In this document: positions 51,861-62,613 of the stretch, piece by piece
How positions within the stretch are numbered: the stretch's first letter is position 1
Layout: every line of letters begins with the position of its first letter
Origin: Heterodontus francisci
Taxonomy: Eukaryota
DNA: 64,000 nucleotides
Direction: 5' to 3'
Assembly (NCBI RefSeq): GCF_036365525.1
Contig: NC_090396.1
Location: forward strand, 22,234,283 to 22,298,282
Position numbers and translations under genes: made by a program
The notes under the pieces: generated by a model
The model's database searches: none
Told to the model about the DNA's origin: nothing
Seen by the model: only the letters and a program-made list of their open reading frames with translations

Positions 51861-53924
51861 CATACTTTCCCTGCTGTGTCCCAGTGTCCTGTGAGGTTGC
51901 GATCCTCTTCTTCCACTCAAGTGTAACGTTCCTTCTTGTAGGCGTGCCACACCTGAGTGAATAATCTTAAATTTGCACATTCCAGGACATGAGACTTAAA
52001 TAGACCATAAAAGGTATTACAGAGGTTTACAGAGAACACACTGACACAAATGGGAATGCACAGGTGTCACAGCAATGTAAATACGTCTTTCACTAAATGT
52101 TCCTCACCAACATGTATGTCCTTTTCTCTGTGTGAATGATGTGTGCCAGTATGTAGTGCCAATGTCACATCTCTTTGCACCGTTGGCCCTTCAGGAGAGC
52201 CAACGTGTGCAATAACATCATTGCCATGCCACCATTACTCATGAGCGTCTCCACGGATGCAGTGACATTGACATTGGCTCAGTCAGTTTCTACCTATCAT
52301 GGTTTACACAGGGATGCTGCAGATATGGACTGGTGCACAGCAGGTGAGTGAGGGTGATGTGTGGCTTGCAGAGCTCATGTCAGTTCCTATGGAGCAGACA
52401 GCCTTTGTCTGATAAGCCACTGCCGTACATCCCTAGCTCACTGCTAGCCCTGCGTGCAGAGCCTGGGTGTCATCTGTCCTCCCATGCGTCTTTCATGTTG
52501 TTGGTGCTCAGCGTCCTCATAGCCCGAGGAGGAATTCTATTGATGTTTCTCCTTATCATGTCAGGCCTATTGGGTGTGTAGTTGTGCAGAGCAGCAAAGA
52601 AAGGAGCTGGCCTTTTTGGACCATAGTACAGGGCATCACCCTATCCATACAGGCATTGGAGGTGCTCTTTCAGCATGCCGATCTCCTGCTCAATGGTGGC
52701 TCATGTAGCTCAGTGGCTGGTATTGTATCTCTCCTCTGCAGCAGTGGTGGAGTCTCCCACCAGTGTCGGGAGCCATGTCTGCAAAGGATAGCCCTTATCT
52801 CCAAGAAGCCACCCTTCCATCTGAGCCAGTTCAGTGAACAGCGGTGGCAGCCGGGACTGGTGCAAGACCCAGGTGTCATGGCAGCTGCCTGAGAAGCGGG
52901 CACAAATTCTCTGCAAGCATCTGTGGTGTTCACATACCAGCTTCAGCTAGATTGAGAGGGCTCCTTTAATGGTGACGTCTGCAGGTGGTAGCCTGACAGT
53001 AGACCTGATGGCTACATGAGTGCAGTCTATGAACATTACAACCTATGGTTCTCCGGCAATGGTGCCAGAACCAATGGCCCTCTGGGCCTGGCTGTGAGAG
53101 TCCGTCCTGAAGCGGACATCCTCACTGGCCCTCCAGTGCAGGGCATTGGTGACCTCCCTGATGCAGCAGTGTACTGCTGTGTGACCCCAAAAAGGTCTCT
53201 GTTGAGCCCCTGAAAGACTGCAGAGGCATCAGGCTTGAGAACCACTGCCACTGTGAGGAACAAAGGCATGGGAAGTCCACTGGAGCCCATCAGCTGCAGG
53301 TCATCCTTGAGCAGGGCACAGAGACGTGTCACCACCCTCTCTATATGTGCAATCTCCTCTGACACTGGTGCTCTGACATTCGATGGCATGTCATGTGGGG
53401 CCTGTCGATGCACGGCAACAGTAATGGCGGGCTCCCCTTGTGTGCTGCTGCTCACGACCGGGGCCGTAACGTGAATCGCACCTGCCTGTTGATATTGCCT
53501 CTGGCACGAACAGATCCTCACATGCAGAGGATCACACAATGTAGGATGACCATACCTATTTCCATGTGATTAATAAAGTTGACCCCTTCATGTATTCGAA
53601 GGTTCCTAACAGGGCAGGGACTGGTGTTGATGGGTACATCAGCTGCTTTCATGGATCAACTATGTGGCGTGCCATGGCATTGCCCATCTTGGCCAACACT
53701 CAGAGTGGCACAACATGACCACATCAAGATCCTACCAGCTGAATCGATTGCCCCCACCATCTATAACACCTTAATGCTCCTGCCCTTTCTGGCACCCTCC
53801 CTACACACAGAGTGCCTAGTGTGCCATTGCCCCCTCACAAACAGGGCGTACACTGTTAACGGAGGGATGGAACACTATAGCTCCCTTCATGCCAGCACAG
53901 CTTTCCCTCCAGAAATCTCAGACC

Positions 53925-54280
53925 CCCTCCCTTTCAGAATGCAGCGTGCAACCCCTGTGTATTCCCCCCCTCCCTCCTCCCTTTAGAAATGCAGAGTTAG
54001 ACCCCTGCATATCCCCCCTCCCTTTAAGAATGCAGAGTTAGACCCCTGTGTATACCCCCTTCCCTCCTCCCTTTAAGAACGCAGAGTTAGACCCCTGTGT
54101 ATTTCCCCCCTCCCTCCTCCCTTTAAGAATGCAGTTAGGCCCCTGCATATCCCCCCTCCTTCCTCCCTTTAAGAATGCAGAGTTAGACCCCTGTGTATCC
54201 CCCCCTCCCTGCTCCCTTTAGGAATGCAGAGTTAGGCCCCCATGTATCCCCCCTCCTCCTCCCTTCCGTAATGCAGAGTG
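53925..54280. repeat. Minisatellite, about 8 units of 41-50 bp, inside the Harbinger element
   Basis: Unit approximately CTTTAAGAATGCAGAGTTAGACCCCTGTGTATCCCCCCCTCCCTCCTCC. Confidence 0.92.
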
Positions 54281-54824
54281 AGGACCCGCCGGCTTTTCAG
54301 ATTGTGAACGGGACAGTACATGACAGCCGCCCGTTCAACGAAAAATCCGGCAGTGTTGGTGGAGGGGCAGCAAGCTGCATAATCAACATAGGTAAGTAAT
54401 CATTACCATATGCTAATTGCGGTGCCGCCGCTTTGCGGCGGGGAGGACCGCACTAAGGTCCCACCACCACCGGTAAAATGCAATGGGCCCATCTCTACAT
54501 CGCAGGTCAGGGCAGGCCTCTCCCCGTAGCATTTTACCGGCCTCCACGCCATGATCCGCAGCATTGAGGGGCCAGTAAAATTCAGCCCATTATATGCAGG
54601 TTATTAGCTTTTAACCTGATACATAAGAATCTCTACTGTGATTTCAAGAAAACACTAGTCATAAAGTCACTCTTTTAACTGGATTCTCACCTTTCTGACT
54701 GTTCAATTATGTGGTGCTTTTCTCTGCTGTTCTTCATTTTATCCACTCATAGGATGTAGGTGTCACTGGCAAGGCTAGCATTTATTGTTGATCCCTAATT
54801 ATCCCTGAGATGGTGGTGGTGACA

Positions 54825-55254
54825 TGCTGGAGCCATATGGAGCCACATGGAAGATGGCAGGATACCCAAGGACGCATTGTACAGCAAGCTTGTCACTGAA
54901 ATCAGACCCACTGGCCGTCCATGTCTCCGCTTTAAAGACATGAAGTCCTGTGACATTGACCACAAGTCGTGGGAGTCAGTTGCCAGTGATCGCCAGAGCT
55001 GGCGGACAGCCATAAAGGCGGATCTATAGAGTGGCGAGTTGAAGAGACTTAGCAGTTGGCAGGAAAAAAGACAGAAGTGCAAGGAGAGAGCCAACTGTGT
55101 AACAGCCCCGACAACCAATTTTATCTGCAGCATCTGTGGAAGAGTCTGTCACTCTAGAATTGGCCTTTATAGCCACTCCAGGCACTGCTCCACAAACCAC
55201 TGACCACCTCTAGGCACCTACCCATTGTCTCTTGAGACAAGGAGGCCAAAGAAT
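54825..55254 (+). mobile_element. RTE 3' fragment (same family as 45552-47760), nested in a LINE tail
   Basis: MEDGRIPKDALYS...DIDHKSWESVA, colinear with 47320-47742. Confidence 0.92.
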
Positions 55255-58200
55255 GAAGGTGATGGTGAGCTGCCTTCTTGAATCACTACAGTCTGTGTGG
55301 TAAAGGTACACCCATTGTGTTGTTAAGTAGGGAGATCCAGGATTTTGATCTGCCATGCTTCTGCTAGCTCTTTGAAACAGCATTCTTTGTTGCTTTCCTG
55401 TTAAAACTTAGTTCAAAAAAGGTCCCAAAGTTCCTGCTCCAGCTCACACTGAATTCGTTTTGGAAAACAACCTCATAATTACTATTCCAACCTGTTTGCA
55501 ACTATTGAACAAATCGGTGATACCAAAGTTTGCTTGAAGATTTACCACATTGTACATGCTCAATCTGTGACATTTAGGGTAGGACAGACATAGGCATAGT
55601 TGTTATCTCTCTTTGTCTAAGTGAAAGTTTTACGAAGAATATCAATCGCGTTTTCTTTCTCATAGAGGATGACTAAAAATGCGATGAAATGACTCAAAGA
55701 TATGAAAGACAATAGGCTGGGATGTACTGGAGCACATTCAGTGAGTGAGACTTTATGCTGCATCCATCAGCTCAAAAATATTTTGCCCTGTAAGTTGCTG
55801 GAAGTGCAAGCTGATAACAACACAGCGAGGGCATCTGGGACCTTAGTGAATGGTGGGATCAACAGTGTATCTCCTTATCCAATGAGATTGAAGGATTAAG
55901 AAAGAGAGGAAGGACTAAGAAGGAGGGTGAATTTGAGAGGGTAAATTCAATGTCAAATCAGCTACAGAAAGAGAAATGGAGAGAAAAAGAAAGATTGGAT
56001 TAAGAGAGAGAGAAAAAAAAAGAGGCATAAAGGTAAAGCAAGAAAAAAAAATTTAATTTGGCATTTTAAAATCTCCAACAAAAATTCACTACCTAAAGGA
56101 ATGAGATTGCACACTTTTAATTGTCTACTTTCTAAGCTAGAGGGGTTGATTAGCAGTCATTAACAATTATCACATTGTTAAAAGGGTACTTACGCTATTA
56201 ATAATCAGACCTAATGGTCTGTGGCGAGTTTAATGAGTCATTAATATGCAAATGCAGCAATTTTATGAAGCCCACAGGGAGGTTAAGTGTGAGCTGCCTT
56301 TTTCGCGAAGCTAATGACAAAGATGCAGCTTGTGGTGATTTGCAACTCACGGGTTATCTCTTCTGCGCCACAAGTTGCCGGCCGATTTGCCCATTAATAA
56401 CGATGAGTGTTGTTTAGACCGGTTATATTTTCAACAAATTCCTATCCAATGTTACAGGTAAGTTTAATTACATTCTGAAACATGTAAATTTTCTATATCA
56501 TGTCACCAACCTTATATTCAACATTTTTGAACCTGTTGTATAGTCTGCTGGCTGAAAGAAAAAAATGGTGATCTATTTAAGCAGCGAGTGATTAGCATCT
56601 AGAATGCACTGCTTAAGAGTGTGGTGGAGGCAGATTCAATTGTGGCTTTCAAAAGAGAACTGGATTATTATCTGAAGAGAAAAGGTTTGCAGGGCTACGG
56701 GGAAAAGGTGGGGGAATGGAACTAGCTGAGTTGCTCTCACAGAGACCTGACACAGACATGATGGGCCATATGCCCTCCTTCTGTGCTGTCACCATTCCAT
56801 GATTCTATAAAACATTAATTGGTTCAGTTTCTTGGCAGGTTTCCCTAAAAGCTCATAGTGCACTAATTTATATTTTTTTTGAAATGGAGCTGCACACCAT
56901 TATTCTGTCTTTGTTGCTAATGAACTCACCATGGGATTGCACAAGGTGAGTCAAAGACCATGTCAGAGAGGTGCTGAGATTTGCAAATAGTGAAGGAGTA
57001 CACATCTTAGTTGAAGAATGTGGAAAGAAAGTTGTCGGAGTTCTACCCAGAGACTGTAATGCAAGAATATATTTATTGGTTCCTGCATGGCAAGTAATTA
57101 GAATTCCCTTGCCCACTAGAACTATATAGATTAATTATTAAATTATGCAGCACAAAAGGAGGCAATTCGGCCCATCATGCTTGTGCCAGCTCTTTGAAGG
57201 AGCTTTTAAATTAGTCCCACTCCCCTGTTCTTGTCCAAGTGCCCTGCAATTATTTTCTTTGCAAGTGTCTATCCATAAACAGAGTTGCATTATTGACTGC
57301 CATTCTGTAACAAATGATTCATATACCACAAAGAGATTGAGTTCCAAGTTAGAAGAGCCAGCCATTTTTCAATGAAAATAGGCAGTAACGGAGGGTTCTG
57401 GAAGCTTAAAGAGTAGCTCAGAGCCAAACACAACTTCTAGTAAAGCAGTCTCTGGGGAATACAAGTGTGAACTGATGACAAGGTGATTTTTTTTTAAATA
57501 CACACACATCCTTATTTTTAACTCAAAGTTTGAGAGGAAAACTGGCACATGTAGTACCCAATGGCACGTGTTAGAATGCAAAGTGGAGCCATGCAATCTT
57601 GCCAACCATTCAGACATAAAGGGGGTTTATTGCCTATTAGGGACTGGAGAGGTCAAGTTCTTGCAACAGCCTGCTTAGAAAAAAAGCTATGCTATATCGA
57701 CAGCTTGGCTGCAAGAACAAGCCTACACAGCAGGAAACTCGGGTGCTGCAGTGCAAATATTTTGAAAGCCTTTTTCCTTTAAAAAGACATCTCAGCTTCA
57801 ACGTAAATTAATATTTATAAAGAAGGATGTGTAATGATTCTGCTGTCACACTCTGCTCTGCTTACCGCATCTACAAAATGAGAAGTTTACGCTGCTCAAA
57901 TCCGGTTTATGTAGAAGCCTTACAGTGAGAGGAGACTTTCATTCCATTGTCGCACTTTTTTATAAAATCCTAGTTCATTCTTTCACAGAACATCAAAACA
58001 ACAAATTGAAGTCAGTTTGAACTAAGTGCATCCTTTCCAGTATGACTACAATTTTTGATGAAAACAACAACAGGTTGCATTTATATAGCGCCTTTGAGAC
58101 AAAGTAAAATGCCCCAAGATGCTTCACAGGACAAGTATCAGGCAAACTTTGACACAAATCCACGTAAGGAGATATTAGGACAAAAAAGATATGTTTAAAG

Positions 58201-58632
58201 AGTGTCTTAAAGGAGGACAGAGAAGGAGAAATGGAGAGAGGCTCAGGGAGGGAATTTCAGAGTTTGGGGCCTAGACAGCTGAAGGCACAGCCGCCAACAG
58301 AGGGGCGTAATACATTGGGGTTGCACAAGAGGCCAGAATTGGGGGAACACAGAGATCTTGGAGGGTTACAGGGCTGGAGGAGATTCTAAAGGGATTTGAG
58401 CACCTGGATGAAGAATTGCATTCCAAATCATGGAGCTAAACCACACCTCATTTTCCCTTCCTCTGAAGATATGGAATATTAATCAATATTTTGTCTCTCT
58501 TATGACAGCACAGGATACAAAGAAATTGCAGCCCCCATTCCTGCTCCCCTTTTTGTCCAATTATTCGTAAAGGAAAATATTAAAATATCTGCAAATGATG
58601 CCACCAAGGGACAGAAAGAGGAGGGTCCAAGG

Positions 58633-59310
58633 TTCCTGCCTATGTCATTGGTACCAATGTGTACCACAACCTCTGGCTGTTCACCCTCCCCCTTCAGAAT
58701 GTCCCCTGTCCATTCAGAGACATCCTTGACCCTGGCACCAGGGAGGCAACATACCATCCTGGAGTCTCTTTCATGTCCACAGAAGCGCCTATCTATGCCC
58801 CTGACTATAGAGTCCCCTATAACTATTGCTCTTCTGCGCTTTGTCCCTCCCTGCTGAACAACAGTGCCAGCCGTGGTGCCACTGCTCTGGCTGCTGCTGT
58901 TTTCCCCTGATAGGCCATCCCCCCCAACAGTATCCAAAACGGTATACTTGTTAGAGAGGGGGATAACCATAGGGGATTCCTGCACTGACTGTCTGCCCCT
59001 TCTAGCGGTCACCCATCTATCTGCCTGCACCTTGAGTGTAACCATTTCTCTAAAACTCCTGTCTATGACGCTTTCCGCCACCTGCATACTCCTAATGCAT
59101 CCAGTTGCCGCTCCAACCGATCCATGCGGTCTGTGAGGAGCTGCAACTGGGTACATTTCCTGCAGATGTAGTCGTCCGGAACGCTGGAAGCGTCACGGAC
59201 CTCCCACATCTCACAGGTGAAGCACTTCACCCCTCTAACTGACATTCTTAACACTAATTAATAAATTAATTTAAAATAAATAAATACTTATTAAATCCTT
59301 ACTAAATTGT
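58633..59310 (-). mobile_element. Isolated CR1 ORF1 5' segment
   Basis: CFTC...CRKC finger, IGDSI, CLPGA and HIGTNDIG. Homologous to 16860-17480. Confidence 0.9.
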
Positions 59311-60324
59311 TATAATTATAACTTTGGGTGACTTAAATGTCACATTTGTACAACTGTCACAAATTACAACTTTAAGGCTGTTATAAAAGCATACAGGATC
59401 CTTGACTTTCCATATAGAGGCATAGAGTACAAAAGTAAAACCTTTATAAATCAGTGGTTAGGCCTTCGTTAGAGTATTGCATCCAGTTCTGGGCATCACA
59501 CTTCAAGAAGTAGGTCAAGAGGAGGTGCAGAGGAGATTTATCAGAATGGGACCAGGGATGTAGAATTTCAGTTACGTGAAGAGACTAAAGACGCTGGGAT
59601 TGTTCTCCTTAAAGCAAAGGTTAAGGGGGAGATTTAACAGATCTGTTCAAATGATGAAGGATTTCAAGGGAGTAAATAGGGAGAAACTGTTTCTACTAGC
59701 TGGAAGGTCAGTAAACCAGGACACAGATTTAAGATAAATGGCAAAAAAACCACAGCGGCGATAAGGAGATTTTTGAATACAAGTTGTTATGATCTGGATT
59801 GCACTGCCTTAAAGCAGATTCAATAGTAACCTTCAAAAGAGAATTGAATATCTAGTCGAAGGCAGGGCTTTGGGGAAAGGGCAGGGGAATGGGACTAATT
59901 GGTTTGCTCTTTCAAAGAGCCAGCACGGGCATAATGGGTCAAATGGCCTCCTGTACTGTGCGATTCACTACTGTTCAGATCCTGTTATTGGCTTGAGAAA
60001 GAATCTGTTAAAGATGCTGGAGCCACTGAGTTTAAGATGTTGGATATATTACAAATTACAACACAGCTCAACCAGCAACAGCAGGCAGACTAACCTGCTG
60101 TGCATTCCCAGCAGTTTTTTTACTTGTGTGCTTTTATTAAGGTGCTTGGTCTCCCTGTCACTGCCCGGCTGTGTCCGCTGCACCCTAGCCTCCTACATAC
60201 ATAACAGTCACTGCACCCAAAGTCATTCGCTGTGTGAAGATCTTTGAAACACTCAGAAAATATAAGGCATGTAGTTTTAATAACGTCCTGCAAACCTCCC
60301 CAACCCTCAGACTCAGTCCAGCTG

Positions 60325-60552
60325 TTGTCTTCTCTCTATCTCAGCTCCCTTGTACTTCACCTACCCCATCATTTCTCTCTCTGGCTTCTGTTTTCTTTTG
60401 CCCCCATATGCTCTTCTCTTGCCCCATTCTCTCTTTTCCCCAATCTCTCCTCTTACCCCATTTTCTTTTTCCCCCTATTCTCTTTCCCCCACATTCTCCA
60501 GCCTCTCTATTCCTTCTCCATTCCTTCCTCAGCCCCACTGTTATTTTTCTCC
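60325..60552. repeat. Pyrimidine-rich low-complexity tract
   Basis: Almost entirely C/T on the + strand. Confidence 0.8.
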
Positions 60553-60554
60553 AG

Positions 60555-61260
60555 CCAATCACAATTGGACCCACCACGTGTCCTGTTTCTCCACCTGGCT
60601 CCTCACTCACCCCTGCCCCGAGATTGCTGGAGCTTCTCCTGGATACGGCTGGTACTGCTCCTCATTGGATTGTGAGAGCCAATTATATGGAGCCAGTTAT
60701 ACGCTGCCTTGTCTTCATTGGACTTGGCTTCACAGAAAAAGCAGGACTAACCAATCGCCGCTCGGGAGGCGCACATTTCTGGGATGCTGTAGCTGATTGG
60801 TCAGTGTTTTATTTCGGAAAGGCCACTCGGACTATGATTGGCGGCTCTGCACCAATCAGACGAGAAGCGGGGATGAGTCTCGGTGTTTAAATCGAGCTGT
60901 CAGTGGCTGGGGACGCCTCACATTGATGGGCAAGGCGATTAGCCAATGGGGTTGCCGAGCGTACAAGACCATAAGTTGATTGGCTCAGCGGCGCGAAGGA
61001 AGGGCCAATCGGCGACAATAAGGGGCGGGGCCCCAAGTTTCAGTGGGATTCCAGCTGTTGAGACGTGTGGGCCGGGTCGGCCTGCTGACTGACAGTTTGC
61101 TCAACCAGTAGCAGGAGGGAACTGGCCCACGGGGCGTTTCGATTGGGTTCCTGGCGGGGCTGGACAGCCAATGACGGGTGAGATGAGGCGTCGGGGGTAT
61201 TGGGAGGGGAGAGAGCCACTGTCTGAAGTTTGCCTGGGATTCCAGCTGCGAGGTGTGCAG
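60555..61260 (+). promoter_or_regulatory. Putative CpG-rich TATA-less promoter of the calcium channel gene, with clustered CCAAT boxes and a GC box
   Basis: 15 CCAAT/ATTGG pentamers between 60555 and 61203. GGGGCGGGG at 61022-61030. Raised CpG content and no recognisable TE. About 1.1 kb upstream of the ATG. Confidence 0.75.
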
Positions 61261-62296
61261 GTTCCAGTGTGGGCATTGTCAGTTCCAGCTCAGTGAATAC
61301 AGGGCAGTAACAGCAAGAGGAAAGCAACAGACTTCAATCAACACTCTACACCAGCTATCATTTAAAAGAAATCTCGCAGCAGAAGATTCTTTTTCCTCTA
61401 TGCAACCAAAAAATGAATTTGCCATCAGTTATTCTTGCCTCAGAATGTAATAAAAAGAGACATCATCGCTTGTAAGACGCACACATCTCTCTTGTTTTTT
61501 AAATCTCTTTTATTCTGATCAGCTGTTGGTTTTACCAGGACTTCAGAAATATGAGTGGGAATTAAATGCATCACAAGAATTTGCATCAATAATTGCTGCT
61601 TCAGAGTAAAACGAAAGAAAGAGATATCCTTCTGCAGGGATTTGTGTTGCAAAGATACAGCTTTTGATTAATTTCATCATTCTCTGAAGACTGTGCAGAT
61701 TCTCCGGGGGGTAAAAAGAGGATTTTGTTTTAAAGATTTTATCATCAGTGTCCTCCTTTTCTTTAAATGTTTTTTTTTTTGTTTGCAGAGAGGGCGGAAA
61801 AATGAATGCATTGTTTCCGCGAGGGTTTCTTCACAATAATCAATGATTTCTCAGATATTACACAGAAGTACTTCTTCATCTGTGTAGAGGAGCCGAGACA
61901 AAGGGATTTTGCACAGCACCCTTGAAACATATCCCAAGTATAAGCAACATTTTGTTTGTCTTATTTTTTAAAGAACTAAAATCAAAAGAGAGACTGTCCC
62001 TAATGGGATTCACGTTGTTTTTGATTGTGAAAGATGGTTTCCAAAGAAGACCTTAGGTGAATGAAAGAACTGAAGACTTCATCAGTTAATGTAAAGCAAT
62101 TCAGATGTAAAAAAGAAATTGACCTAATTGTTGATATAATCATGCCTGAATTGGAATTGACTCCAAAGGAACAATTTGATGCTTTAACTGCTCTTTAAGA
62201 CAAGAGCGAGGGAGAGGAGAAACTGGTCAAAATCCCTTTAAATTATTGTTCAACGGGGGAAAAAAAAACTCTCACTTAAATACTGGAAGCGGGGAC

Positions 62297-62604
62297 ATGG
62301 CTGAAGATGAGAGGGACACGGGTGCGAAAGAAGGGAGATCATCGCTGCCGAGCACTTTCATCAAGCTGAACGACCTGGATCGAGAGGGCAGGCGGAGGGA
62401 AGGCGAGGAGCCCGGCACCGAGTGCAGGGAGCCCGGCTCGGAGTACAGAGAGCTCCCGGAGGGTGCGGAGAGCTGCGGAACCCAACAGGACCAGGACCAC
62501 AGCCAGGAGCACCTGCCCTACCCCGCACTCGCCCCCGTCGTTTTCTTCCACCTGAAACAGACGACCCGCCCCAGGAGTTGGTGCCTTCAGTTGGTCTGTA
62601 ACCC
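62297..62604 (+). CDS. CACNA1G: Voltage-dependent T-type calcium channel alpha-1 subunit (Cav3.1-like), first coding exon
   Basis: GACATGG Kozak context. MAEDERDTG...FIKLNDL...[31 protein letters not shown] matches the Cav3 N-terminus. The F..LNDL block favours CACNA1G over 1H/1I (recalled, not searched). Confidence 0.88.
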
Positions 62605-62613
62605 ATATCCTTT
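62605..62613 (+). other. U12-type (AT-AC) 5' splice site; the intron continues beyond the window
   Basis: AACCC|ATATCCTTT is a perfect minor-class donor, at the point where channel homology stops (phase 2). Confidence 0.9.

Larger units (their letters stand above)
51471..54588 (-). mobile_element. PIF/Harbinger transposon relic 4 with both TIRs and TSD; transposase remnant at ~52480-53400
   Basis: TIRs GGGTTGAATTT / AAATTCAGCCC. 3-bp TSD ATT (51468-51470, 54589-54591). Minus strand reads SGSCHDTWVL...GWLLGDKGYPLQTWL...EERYNTSH. Confidence 0.88.

Noticed and set aside
53925-54280. CRISPR-like array
   Set aside because: Head-to-tail degenerate units with no unique spacers, no cas genes, and eukaryotic context.
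55500-56450. Possible non-autonomous DNA element or enhancer with octamer ATGCAAAT
   Set aside because: Termini could not be defined, and a single octamer is not informative.
58633-59965. Single 5'-inverted CR1 (twin priming)
   Set aside because: The ORF1 piece is much better preserved than the adjacent plus-strand tail and no TSD spans both, so they are probably independent.
60234-60890. ORFs of 218, 143 and 148 aa as genes
   Set aside because: They arise from a stop-poor pyrimidine tract and promoter sequence, with no recognisable domain.
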